46,760 nucleotides of DNA from Promethearchaeota archaeon (GCA_048940925.1 JBHLOC010000037.1:1-46760); one strand, 5' to 3'; positions 16,924 to 27,085 are shown, numbered from the stretch's first letter. Notes: generated from the sequence alone by a model not told the origin. Numbers and translations: made by a program.

Positions 16924-18576
16924 ATGGAATGGGAGATATCTGATTTTGATGCATTAGGAAGAATTGGCAAATTAACAGTAAATAATAAACAAATGGTAAC
17001 TCCTAATTTATTTCCTGTTGTCCACCCTTATAAAAATATTATTCCTACTTCAGAATTAAAGAAGATAGGTGCTCAATGTGTTTTTACAAATGCATATATC
17101 ATCTATCAAAATAATCAAATACGAGATGTCATCTTAAGAAAAGGAATTCATTCACATTTACACTATAGGGGTATAATTGCAACAGACAGCGGAGCTTTCC
17201 AAAAATATATGTATAAGAAAAGTAATTTAGAAATTCAAGCAAAAGATATAGAAAAGTTCCAAGAAGATATTAACACTGATTTTGCTGTAATTTTAGATGA
17301 ACCGGTATTACCAGATGATGATTATGAAACAGCTAAGAAGAGAGTTGTTACAACAATTGAAAGAGCTAAAGATAATATAAATCGAAGAATAAAGAAAGAT
17401 TGTTACTGGTTTGGACCTATCCATGGAGCTAGTTATGAAGATTTACTAAGAAAAAGTACGCTTGAAATGAATAAATTGAATTTTAGTGTATATGCAATTG
17501 GAGGATTAGTTAAATCTCTTTTAGATTATCGATTTGATTTAGTAATCAAAATCCTTTTGAATGTAAAAAAGGATATTGCATGGAATAAACCTATTCATCT
17601 TTTTGGACTAGGATTACCACAATTTTTTTCATTAGCAGTGGCATGTGGATGTGATCTAATGGATTCAGCTGCATACATTCTATTTGCAAAAGAGAACAGA
17701 TATTTCACTTTATCTACAGGAACAAGAAAACTAGATGAAATTGAAGAATTTCCATGCCACTGTCCCATATGTTGCGAATATAATCCTAAAGAAGTTTTAA
17801 AATTCGACGATAAAATACGAACTGAATTAATAGCCAAACATAATCTATATATTTCTTTTTCTGAACTAAGAACAATCCGTCAAGCTATTAAAGAAGGTAA
17901 TTTATGGGAGCTTGTAGAACAACGGATCCGAAATCATCCTAGTTTAGTAAAAGCCTTAAAGTTGATTAAATCATATCTACCATTATTTGAAAGCCATGAG
18001 AAATCCTACAAAATGCATGGTAGGTTATATTCATCACCAGAAAGTATTGATAGACCTCTAATTTATCGCTATATTTTAAAACTAAAGAATAATTATAGAA
18101 TTCCCCAAGATGCAAAATATCTATTAATTTTACCTGAATTGGATGTAAAGGGGAATAAATCACCAACTATTAAGAAATGGCTAGAAGAATTAGATTCTAA
18201 TCTCATAATTCCAAGATTATTTCTTCATGTCGTATTTCTCTCCGATTTTTATGGGATTATACCCCTACAACTAAGTTCATCTTTTCCTATGGGCCAATAT
18301 GAATCAATTGATCTAGAGAGCGAAAATGATTTGATTTATCATGATTTAGCACTAAAAACAGAACAATTCTTTAAGAATTATGCTTCTAATTATTCCAAAT
18401 ACGGAATATTAATTCCTGATAAATATATTAATCAATTTAATGAAATTGTAGAATTTAAAAAGAAGAAAATTATAAAGAATTTAATCAATATGTTGAATTC
18501 TAGATTAGAATTAAACATAGTTTCATTCCCTGAAATAATGCAGCTTCTAAAATTTTTTGAGAGTGATGAAAAATAA
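16924..18576 (+). CDS. tgtA: Archaeosine tRNA-guanine(15) transglycosylase
   Basis: TNAYI, TDSGAF, HLFGLG, DSAAY, CxCxxC...HNL, LWELVEQR. Confidence 0.95.
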   Translation: MEWEISDFDALGRIGKLTVNNKQMVTPNLFPVVHPYKNIIPTSELKKIGAQCVFTNAYIIYQNNQIRDVILRKGIHSHLHYRGIIATDSGAFQKYMYKKSNLEIQAKDIEKFQEDINTDFAVILDEPVLPDDDYETAKKRVVTTIERAKDNINRRIKKDCYWFGPIHGASYEDLLRKSTLEMNKLNFSVYAIGGLVKSLLDYRFDLVIKILLNVKKDIAWNKPIHLFGLGLPQFFSLAVACGCDLMDSAAYILFAKENRYFTLSTGTRKLDEIEEFPCHCPICCEYNPKEVLKFDDKIRTELIAKHNLYISFSELRTIRQAIKEGNLWELVEQRIRNHPSLVKALKLIKSYLPLFESHEKSYKMHGRLYSSPESIDRPLIYRYILKLKNNYRIPQDAKYLLILPELDVKGNKSPTIKKWLEELDSNLIIPRLFLHVVFLSDFYGIIPLQLSSSFPMGQYESIDLESENDLIYHDLALKTEQFFKNYASNYSKYGILIPDKYINQFNEIVEFKKKKIIKNLINMLNSRLELNIVSFPEIMQLLKFFESDEK

Positions 18577-19007
18577 CTTTTCTAGATAAAATATACGCCT
18601 ATGGTCATAAAAATATTAAGGGTACTCATAAAACAACGATTGAACTTACAAAAGATAAAAATTTATCAAAGAAAGGAAATTGTATAATAGGGATAAATTC
18701 TACTAAAGCTTGTATTGATTTAAACTCCAAATTAAAAGAAAAAATAAATAATGGAAAAAAAGTAAAGGTGATTTTGAAAGTAGAAAATCTCCAAGATTCT
18801 TTCTATGGTTTTGGAAATAGAGAGTTAAAATTACTTGATAAAAAGGATTTGGTATTTCGTACAAGTAATTATGTATGTAACAGAACCGTATTGGTTAATT
18901 GTACAAAATCATCAAATGAGATAGATCGTGAATTAATTAAAAAGCTATCAATCCCAGGAAATAAATTATCAATAATATTTGAAATCAATGAGTTAAATGG
19001 GAAATAG
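18573..19007 (+). CDS. DUF371 family protein; longer than the ORF track shows, probable ATA start
   Basis: In-frame AYGHKNIKGTHKTTIELTKD...GNCIIGI upstream of 18768; VFRTSNYVCNRT motif; in-frame TGA at 18567-18569. Confidence 0.85.
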   Translation: MTFLDKIYAYGHKNIKGTHKTTIELTKDKNLSKKGNCIIGINSTKACIDLNSKLKEKINNGKKVKVILKVENLQDSFYGFGNRELKLLDKKDLVFRTSNYVCNRTVLVNCTKSSNEIDRELIKKLSIPGNKLSIIFEINELNGK

Positions 19008-20142
19008 TAACAAAATTACATATTTGAAATTGAAAAAGAAAGATGGACAAGATTTCATTAATAATATAAAATATAATTTTAAATATAAACAGGTAATTAA
19101 CCAAAAGTTCAAAATTCTGCATGAAAAAGATTCTATTTTATTCCCAATATTTGAAAATAAAGTTCTGCTTGATAATATAACTATTAAATTACTTAATCAA
19201 ATTGATTTTGAAATTCTTCATAGAGATGGAATAAATAATGAAAAATATAAATATCAAACACTTGAGGAAGCATTAGAAGGAAAAATCCCACATCAATATT
19301 TTGGATTAATTCCAAAATCATATGATATTATAGGGAATATCGCTGTTATCGAGTTTAATAAAAATTATAATATAAATGATAATAAATTCAAGGATTACAA
19401 GAAAAAGATTGCTATAGCATTAAAAAAAGTAAACAATAATGTTAAAACGGTTTATGAGAAAAAAAGTCGAATTAAAGGAAAGTATCGCATAAGAAATTTC
19501 GCCCTTTTGTGCGGTGAAAATAAATCCGAAACAACACATAAAGAAAATGGTTGTGTTTTTAAGCTGGATATTAAAAAAACTTACTTCTCTCCAAGATTAG
19601 TTTTCGAAAGACGGAGAATTACCTCAAGTGATATTAAAAAAAATGAGATAATTATTGATATGTTTACTGGAGTTGGGACTTTTTCAATTCAAATTGCTAA
19701 AAAGTATAATGTACAAATTCATGCTTTCGATTTAAATCCTTATGCTATTAAATTTCTCAAACATAATATTAAAATAAATAAATTAAAAGGATATATAACA
19801 CCTTACCACATGAATGTAAAACATATTCTCAATCCAATGAATAACTTAGGTACCTCATTAAGTCATAGAGCAGATAGAATAATTATGAATTTACCAGAGA
19901 AATCAATCGACTTCATTGATATTAGTTGTTATTTAATGAAAAATTCAGGAGGTATTTTACACTTCTATAAAATTTCTGATAAACCGAATCCAGTTGATAA
20001 AACAATTAAACATTTAGAAGTTAATTTATCTAAATTCAATTGGAATATTGTTAAAATACTCAATTCTAGAATTGTAAAATCCTACTCACCGTCATCAGAA
20101 TTAGTCGTTGTTGATCTGAAAGTAAAAGCTTTAAATTATTAA
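18997..20142 (+). CDS. trm5: tRNA m1G37 methyltransferase Trm5/Taw2 (Met-10+ family)
   Basis: SYDIIGNIA, HKENG, YFSPRL..ER, DMFTGVGTF, DRIIMNLP. Confidence 0.9.
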   Translation: MGNSNKITYLKLKKKDGQDFINNIKYNFKYKQVINQKFKILHEKDSILFPIFENKVLLDNITIKLLNQIDFEILHRDGINNEKYKYQTLEEALEGKIPHQYFGLIPKSYDIIGNIAVIEFNKNYNINDNKFKDYKKKIAIALKKVNNNVKTVYEKKSRIKGKYRIRNFALLCGENKSETTHKENGCVFKLDIKKTYFSPRLVFERRRITSSDIKKNEIIIDMFTGVGTFSIQIAKKYNVQIHAFDLNPYAIKFLKHNIKINKLKGYITPYHMNVKHILNPMNNLGTSLSHRADRIIMNLPEKSIDFIDISCYLMKNSGGILHFYKISDKPNPVDKTIKHLEVNLSKFNWNIVKILNSRIVKSYSPSSELVVVDLKVKALNY

Positions 20143-20356
20143 ATGAAAGTTCTGGAAACTTTAGTGAATTATGATAAGATAAAGATCTTTTTCCCTTTGA
20201 TTAATTATATATATAAAAAATCAGAAGCCCACTAGTTAAATCTTAATAATAGTTTTAACATGCGAAATCATTATACAAATAAGAGAAAAATTTAAAATAT
20301 TTGAGTCTTAATACAAATTAAGTTATTTTTATTTTAAACTTAATAAATTAAATTGT

Positions 20357-20459
20357 GGACTCGTAGCCTAGCCTGGTGGTTTTTATAGTTATAATTCTAG
20401 GTAAATAGGGCGTCGGACTTCTAATCCGAAAGTCGCAGGTTCGAATCCTGCCGGGTCCG
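20357..20459 (+). tRNA. tRNA-Arg(TCT) with a D-loop intron (20377..20404)
   Basis: Acceptor GGACTCG/CGGGTCC, anticodon arm TCGGA-CT TCT AA-TCCGA, T arm GCAGG-TTCGAAT-CCTGC; intron flanked by a full BHB motif. Confidence 0.93.
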
Positions 20460-20614
20460 CTCATTATTATCATAAATTGTAAAAAATAATTGGTAAAATT
20501 ATCTATAAATTCTGAATGGATTAATAAAATGTTAATATAATTAATTTATAAAATTAGATCTCTTAGTTATAATTATTTGATTATCCTAAATGTAAATTTG
20601 AGAGTCTGAGATTA

Positions 20615-21361
20615 ATGTTAAATAAAGAAGATTTTTATCATCAAAATTTTTATCATCAAAATATTAGATATTCTTTTAGTTGGAATTATAAACATCATAA
20701 GCATAAAATCTCTATTCTTAATCCCGCTTTGTACGAATTTAGAAAACTTGAAAAATATTTTGAAAAAATAATGAGTGAAAAGTATGCTAAACGCATGAAT
20801 AGTATATTCAATTCGAAAATTTTCCCTAGAATTTCACGTTTTAAAATCTCTGGGCTCAAAAGTGCTTTTATCAGAAGTTTTAGTAAAATTCTTATTCAAA
20901 ATTCAAAAGTTAAAAAACTTGATTCAAATTCAAAACTTCCTAAATATACCCAGACTGTTTACGATAATTTTTTTAAGGAAAATCTTAATAAAATCCCTGG
21001 ACATGATCCCATTTTAAAATATATTTTAATCAATGATAACGATTCAATTGCAAAAGAAGTTCCAATTTGGAAAAAAGTGAATGATATATATCTTACAGGA
21101 CATATTGACTTGATTCAAATTGAAAATAATGTGCTTAAAGTTATTGATTATAAACCAGAAGGTAATTTTTTGCTTTCATTACCTCAGGTTGCAATGTATG
21201 GTCTTTTATTCAAATCTATTTTCAAAATTAAAAACCTTAGATGTATTTCATTTAATAAAAATGAAGCATGGGAATATGATCCAAATATTTTAAAGTCTGA
21301 TATTAAAGAATATTTAATTTCTCATGGTATTCAAGAAAGGCCATGGGAATATTTTTTCTAG
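20615..21361 (+). CDS. PD-(D/E)XK nuclease (RecB/Cas4-like C-terminal domain)
   Basis: EVPI, TGHIDL, VIDYKP, QVAMY motifs. Confidence 0.8.
   Translation: MLNKEDFYHQNFYHQNIRYSFSWNYKHHKHKISILNPALYEFRKLEKYFEKIMSEKYAKRMNSIFNSKIFPRISRFKISGLKSAFIRSFSKILIQNSKVKKLDSNSKLPKYTQTVYDNFFKENLNKIPGHDPILKYILINDNDSIAKEVPIWKKVNDIYLTGHIDLIQIENNVLKVIDYKPEGNFLLSLPQVAMYGLLFKSIFKIKNLRCISFNKNEAWEYDPNILKSDIKEYLISHGIQERPWEYFF
20631..20662 (+). repeat. 15-bp tandem duplication (ATTTTTATCATCAAA x2) encoding FYHQN x2
   Basis: Directly visible in the sequence. Confidence 0.85.
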
Positions 21362-21372
21362 GAATATTGCCT

Positions 21373-21648
21373 TTAACTTTTATTATTTATTTGTTTGGAT
21401 GATTCTTTTTCTTCTGGTTGTTTTAAATAACCTCTAAATATAAAATAACATAATAATAAAGAAATAAACTCAATTATTATACTAGTAAAGATTATAAAAG
21501 TCCCATTATATCCCAAATACCTTAGAAATAAAGCAGATCCCAACCCAAAAGATGCTAAAATGAAAAGGAAAAATCCTTTTACAATTTCCATGAAAGAGTC
21601 TTTTAAATACCCAAATTCTTTTTTAATCCAGGTTACTATTAAAGTCAT
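21373..21648 (-). CDS. Small membrane protein (2 TM)
   Basis: Two hydrophobic segments. Confidence 0.7.
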   Translation of the reverse strand: MTLIVTWIKKEFGYLKDSFMEIVKGFFLFILASFGLGSALFLRYLGYNGTFIIFTSIIIEFISLLLCYFIFRGYLKQPEEKESSKQINNKS

Positions 21649-21752
21649 AAAAGTCTTTTACTATAGTCTGTTTTAATTTTAATTAAACTATAACTCCTTT
21701 AATACATTTCTTAATTAATAAAAAATTATATTAAAAATTTAAGTCTATTTTT

Positions 21753-23942
21753 TTATCTATTTTTGAACTTAGAATATAATGCTTTATCTAATAACTGACC
21801 AATAATTTTAGCAATTTGAGTTGATATTTCATACTTTTCACCATCTAAGAGTATTCCTTTATCATCTACGTTTTTAATTCTTTTAGCTAAAGTTTTTTCA
21901 CTAATTTCGTTTACAATGCTTTTAATTTTTACAATGTCTGGTAAGTTGATATCTAGATTAAAAGTTTTCATCTTTTCGATCACAAAATTAAAATATTGAG
22001 ACATTAAATCTAATGGATCACCCTTTAATTCACTGTGAAGTTTAATACTTTCAGTAGCTGCTTTTGTATCTTTTTCTTGCCAGTATAACTGATTGGGATT
22101 TATACCTGGGCTATTAATCCTCATAAGTGAACTCGTAATCCTACGTTCAATCCAATTTAAAGTACTTAGCTGTTGTTCTTCACGAAACTTTTTAGATTTC
22201 TCTTCTTTTTCTTTTTTCTTAGCTTCAATTATTTTTTCTACTTCAATTTTGCGTGATTCCTCAAAATTCTCAAGTCTCTGAATTATATCATAACCAATAC
22301 AATAAGAAATAGGAGAGATTAAATCTGATTTTAGTTTTAAAGGGGCTATATCCTTATAAATAAGACTATGGTTATCTTTTAGTTCTTGAATTCCATCTTT
22401 TAAAGAAATATTTTTTAATCGCCCCATTATAAATCCATTCACTAGAAAGGGTTGATTTGTTGCATTAAAAATTATAACTAATTCTTCTTGTCTATTCAAA
22501 ATTCGTCCAATTATTAATTCCTCTAATTTAATTTTAACCCATTCTTCTGAATCTGTTGTTTCAAATATTTTTTTTAATGCTAATAGAAATAGTGATTTAT
22601 CATTAGAAACTTTAAAATATGATTCAATTATTCTACTCAATTGTCGTAATATCTTTGACATGATATAAAAAAAGATATCCTTAGTAATCTTATTGATGAA
22701 ATCATCAAATTCTAGAAGAAATAAAATATGTGAATTGCTTTTCAATTTTAATTCATTTATAAAAATTTTGTCAATGATAGCTTTTTTTTTAATATCATTT
22801 TGAGATACAATGTCTAGTTTTTGAATATTATATCTAATCATATTTCGTTTTACTTGCTCTGCCAAATCTTCATTAATATTAAGCAAGTATAAAATATTAT
22901 AAACACCATATTTATTTAACATATATATAATTTCATCGAAACTGTTTTCATTTAAGCATTCCAAAAAATAAATAAAATCATTTGGGTGTTGTTTGAGTTT
23001 TTTAATTAATTCAATTTTTAAAAAAGCAAGGATTTTATTTTCAAAATCATCATAATTAATTTTTTCTGTTAGGGCTTCTTCAATCCGATTAATTAATTTT
23101 TTCTTTAAATAATTCGCTTCTATAAAGACATTTAGACCTGGAATTGAAATTGGAAATCGATTCAAATTATAATCTTGAATCTTCTTTTTAATCATTCTTA
23201 CAGGCATTGCCTCAACTTGCAACTCTTTATAAGATTTAAATTCAAATTCCGTGCGAATCTTTGTAATCAATCTAGCTAATGTGGCTAATTCTATAAATTT
23301 ATCTTCTTTTTCTTCGAGTTCTAATTTCTTTTCTAGGTCTATTGAAACATCTTTAAGAGCTGAACTTTCTTCTAAAATTTCTTTTTTAATCTCATCTGTA
23401 AATCCAATTAAATCACCTATTAAATCGTAAAAATAAAATGGAGGATAATTTAGTATAATTTCTTGCAATTCCTGTTCAATTTTTTCTTCTATATCTTTAA
23501 GAAGTTGTTCTCTATATAAGTCTTGACTCTCTTTCTGCCTTATTTTAATTAAAAAAGAAAGAAAGTTAATTTCTAAATCAATTAATTTGTTTAGTAGGTT
23601 TATTTCTAACGAGAATGAGTTTTTTAACAATGTTTTCACCTCTTCAAAAATCGCTTCCTTTTCTGATAATTCCAACTTTTTTGAAGATTCAAAAGTAAAA
23701 TTTTCTCCTTCTGTAATATCTTGGACTCTAATACCTAAATTATGATATATGTGAATTGTCGCAGTTGCTATTAACAAGTCCTTAAAAGATTTATCTTGAG
23801 GTATTAATTCAAGGATCTTCGTTTTATCAGCGTCTCTTTTGAAATGAGATATTATTAAATCAACTGTTTGAAAAAATCTATAAGCACTTTCTACTGCCGT
23901 CGTTTTTCTTTTTATGCCACTTATCATAATTATTTCATCCAT
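21753..23942 (-). CDS. Large alpha-helical/coiled-coil hypothetical protein
   Basis: 729 aa, E/K/L-rich; overlaps the upstream gene's stop (translational coupling). Confidence 0.8.
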   Translation of the reverse strand: MDEIIMISGIKRKTTAVESAYRFFQTVDLIISHFKRDADKTKILELIPQDKSFKDLLIATATIHIYHNLGIRVQDITEGENFTFESSKKLELSEKEAIFEEVKTLLKNSFSLEINLLNKLIDLEINFLSFLIKIRQKESQDLYREQLLKDIEEKIEQELQEIILNYPPFYFYDLIGDLIGFTDEIKKEILEESSALKDVSIDLEKKLELEEKEDKFIELATLARLITKIRTEFEFKSYKELQVEAMPVRMIKKKIQDYNLNRFPISIPGLNVFIEANYLKKKLINRIEEALTEKINYDDFENKILAFLKIELIKKLKQHPNDFIYFLECLNENSFDEIIYMLNKYGVYNILYLLNINEDLAEQVKRNMIRYNIQKLDIVSQNDIKKKAIIDKIFINELKLKSNSHILFLLEFDDFINKITKDIFFYIMSKILRQLSRIIESYFKVSNDKSLFLLALKKIFETTDSEEWVKIKLEELIIGRILNRQEELVIIFNATNQPFLVNGFIMGRLKNISLKDGIQELKDNHSLIYKDIAPLKLKSDLISPISYCIGYDIIQRLENFEESRKIEVEKIIEAKKKEKEEKSKKFREEQQLSTLNWIERRITSSLMRINSPGINPNQLYWQEKDTKAATESIKLHSELKGDPLDLMSQYFNFVIEKMKTFNLDINLPDIVKIKSIVNEISEKTLAKRIKNVDDKGILLDGEKYEISTQIAKIIGQLLDKALYSKFKNR

Positions 23943-26227
23943 TCTCGATAAACTTCTTTAAAATTATCAGATAATTCAAATTGGGCATTAGTATGCCAAA
24001 ATTTGAAATTTATAACATGAAAAAGCTCTCCCTTAAATTGTTCCTTTTCTTTATTTGTTAAAATATGTTTTAAAATCAAAGTTAAAGGTCTTGGTACTAG
24101 TTTTGAAAAATACTGGAGATCACCCTTTTTTATATAATTATAAAATGAATCTGTTTCGTTTAATTTAAAATATTTTGTAGGTATCAATTTTTCCTTTTGA
24201 TCATTTACTAAACTTAATTCTTGTTTGATCTTACTCCTTACATATTTAGGAAATTCAAGATTAATATTAATGCAATATTCATAATGCTTATAAAATTCAA
24301 GCAATTCACGTTTTTCTTCGGCATCTGAAATTTTCGCGATATATCTGTCTAAGAATTCTAGAAAATTTTCAAGTTTTTGTTCCTTTGACTCTCGTTCTTC
24401 TAAATAATTAATAAAATCATTAAAAATCTCTATCAAAGACCAATTTTTATTTTCTTCAAATTTGAAAAATTTTTTTGCATAATCATTTATCCATTCAAGC
24501 ACATAAGATTTCCATTCGAGATTAATACCTCCTATACGTTTTTCTAGAAAACGATGAAATCTATTTGCAAAATTAACTGGATCAGTTACATCTTTTTCGG
24601 GTTCTTCCTTTATAAATCGATTAATCGTAGAATGTCTAAGTATATAGCCTAGTAAGTAATGTAATTCAGTAGAGAGTTTCTTAAACTTCTCTACATGCAC
24701 TTTTAACAAATTTACATTATTTTCCATTTGAATTTCAGCAAAAGATATTAAATCTTCTAATTTTAATCCAATCTGGTCGAAAAATGAATCAACATTATTA
24801 TTTACTAGTGCATTAAACTTTCGTTGCAGTTTATCCTCATTATATTCAAGATCCTTAGTTAAAATTGAATTAAGTTCAATTTTATTGATAATATATTCTT
24901 TAAATTTCTCAATAAATTTCAATCCTAAAATTTTTGCTGGTTTTTGCTCATTATTGAATTTATTATTAAGGTTTTCTATTAATCGTATTGTTAAGTATTT
25001 CATTCGACGTATTGATAGATAACTAGGAAGTGATGTTCGTATCAAACTAAGACTTGAATTAATAATTTCTGAAAAATAATTAAAAACAGAACTTAAATCC
25101 ATAACTCTCAAATTCTCTTTCTTTATAACTGAATCACTTATGAATTTGTAAGCTATTTGACAAATGTTGTTAAAATCTTCATTCTCTAACTTTCCCTTAT
25201 TGTTAATAAACTGAGTATATTTTTCCAAAATGTTATAAAGATCACCCATCTCACCAGAAGTGAGAAAATTCCTAGAATATTCTAAAAATTTATTTAAATA
25301 ACGTTCTAATTTTAATAAGATCTTAAATGTATTTTGGATTAACCATTGAGAAGTTACAGGTTCTAAGACATTATTAATCTCATCTTTTATATTATTAATA
25401 AGAAGAAGGATAATTTTATCTTGATATTCATCTAAAGTTCCTATATTTGCTAGATTAATAAGACTTGTCCCAAGACTTAAAGTTTTATCAACAATAAAAT
25501 TAGCGCTCGGTTCTGATATCGCATATTTAAGATGCTGTACTGCTTGTTTTCCTTCATATAAGGTCATAGATTTTTCAAATTTGTGATTAGATAAATTTAT
25601 CTGAATAGGTTGCTTATGCCATAGAATATCTACATTAGACTTAATTTTTCCATATGTGATTAACAATTTCTCTTCGGTTGGTAATGATGTACTTATCCCA
25701 ATTAATTTTTTATTCCACTTATCCTCAACTAAGTCTCCATAGAGCTTTTTACTAAACCGAGAGGCAAATTTATTATATAATTTTTGTTTTTCTTCATTGT
25801 CAAATTCTGGACGGTCAGCAAACTCCTCAACTTCATAAAAAAGCTTACTTATGTTATCGATAGATGCTCTTGATTTATGTACATCCAAATATCCTGTTTC
25901 TGGTTTTAAAGCAAGCAATAAACTTTCACAATCTTTAAATTTTCCAGGAATTAAAATCATTGATTTTGGATATATGTTAGTTCGAGCAGTTTTCTCATCA
26001 ATATTAAATAAATCAAATTCAATACTAAATAATTCTGACCCAGTATAGTCTCTCAAAAGTGCATTGTACATCATTAAAAATTTTATAACTTCTTGGGAGA
26101 GTTGATTAACTTTTTGTTTTGTTAATCTTCCTGGACCAATTACATCTCCAGTAATAAAATCGTTTGGGGAGGAATAACCAAATATTATAGAAAATTGATA
26201 ATTTATGGATTCTCGTGTGGTTATCAT
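23930..26227 (-). CDS. Large hypothetical protein with an N-terminal alpha/beta (longin-like?) domain and a helical body
   Basis: 765-aa ORF; fold suggestion is by eye only. Confidence 0.8.
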   Translation of the reverse strand: MITTRESINYQFSIIFGYSSPNDFITGDVIGPGRLTKQKVNQLSQEVIKFLMMYNALLRDYTGSELFSIEFDLFNIDEKTARTNIYPKSMILIPGKFKDCESLLLALKPETGYLDVHKSRASIDNISKLFYEVEEFADRPEFDNEEKQKLYNKFASRFSKKLYGDLVEDKWNKKLIGISTSLPTEEKLLITYGKIKSNVDILWHKQPIQINLSNHKFEKSMTLYEGKQAVQHLKYAISEPSANFIVDKTLSLGTSLINLANIGTLDEYQDKIILLLINNIKDEINNVLEPVTSQWLIQNTFKILLKLERYLNKFLEYSRNFLTSGEMGDLYNILEKYTQFINNKGKLENEDFNNICQIAYKFISDSVIKKENLRVMDLSSVFNYFSEIINSSLSLIRTSLPSYLSIRRMKYLTIRLIENLNNKFNNEQKPAKILGLKFIEKFKEYIINKIELNSILTKDLEYNEDKLQRKFNALVNNNVDSFFDQIGLKLEDLISFAEIQMENNVNLLKVHVEKFKKLSTELHYLLGYILRHSTINRFIKEEPEKDVTDPVNFANRFHRFLEKRIGGINLEWKSYVLEWINDYAKKFFKFEENKNWSLIEIFNDFINYLEERESKEQKLENFLEFLDRYIAKISDAEEKRELLEFYKHYEYCININLEFPKYVRSKIKQELSLVNDQKEKLIPTKYFKLNETDSFYNYIKKGDLQYFSKLVPRPLTLILKHILTNKEKEQFKGELFHVINFKFWHTNAQFELSDNFKEVYREWMK

Positions 26228-26519
26228 AATCTAATTCTGATAATAAATCTTAGATCTTTAATTTATATATATTACGTATTAATCTTACTTACGTAATCCT
26301 TAAATAAATTTAACTAGTTGTTTAATTATTTTAAGGTTTATATAATATTAAAATTTATTTTTAATCAGCTTGAAAATATAATAAAAAGATATTGTGATAT
26401 CTCAAAATTCTGGAAACTTTCTTAATAAAATAAGAGTGCATTAATAAAAATATAATAAGCAAAATTATTATTATAAATAATATAAGTTCAAAATTTTAAA
26501 GCTTAATAGGTGTAGTTTT

Positions 26520-26924
26520 ATACAATTCGGGTCGGATTTAGGAATTAACCAAGAAGATATCGAAAAAATTAGCCCTCAAATCACATTTATCACATCAAAT
26601 GCGGATATAGAGGCAATAGCTTTAGTTAGCTCCGAAGGTTATCAAATCGCATTCTCTGCATTACCCCAATATCATGTTGATGGAGATCAGTTTTGCGGAC
26701 TTGCAAGTGCTTTATTGATGACAGGAAGATCGACTATTCAAACTCTATTCCAAGAAGATTTAAGTGAAGTCATTGTTCGAGCCGAAAATGGGTATATTGT
26801 AATTACAAATGCAGGTAGATTAGTTATTGTATGTGCTGGTACAATAATTGATACCTTAATGAAAACTGTGAAAGTAATGAGGATCGCTGCTAAAAATTTA
26901 TATAAAATTTTTGCAGAGCGCTAG
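26520..26924 (+). CDS. Roadblock/LC7 (MglB-like) domain protein; probable ATA start, about 134 aa
   Basis: In-frame IEAIALVSSEGYQIA...FCGLASALL...EVIVRAENGYIVI; SD AGGTG at 26508-26512; no canonical start before 26715. Confidence 0.85.
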   Translation: MQFGSDLGINQEDIEKISPQITFITSNADIEAIALVSSEGYQIAFSALPQYHVDGDQFCGLASALLMTGRSTIQTLFQEDLSEVIVRAENGYIVITNAGRLVIVCAGTIIDTLMKTVKVMRIAAKNLYKIFAER

Positions 26925-27085
26925 TTAGTATTTCTATTAGTATATAAATGTTCAATTTAATGTATTAGTATTTTTACTATACTTTTGCTCTAACTGAATT
27001 TTCGGAAAATTTCTCAAGAAATTCAACAAGTTTTTAAAGGTTGAAATACTGTAAAGTTTCATAATATTAAATAAAGCATTGGTCT

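Noticed and set aside
20460-21372. Integrated element at tRNA-Arg
   Set aside because: No integrase and no duplicated tRNA 3' end (att site) found in the window.
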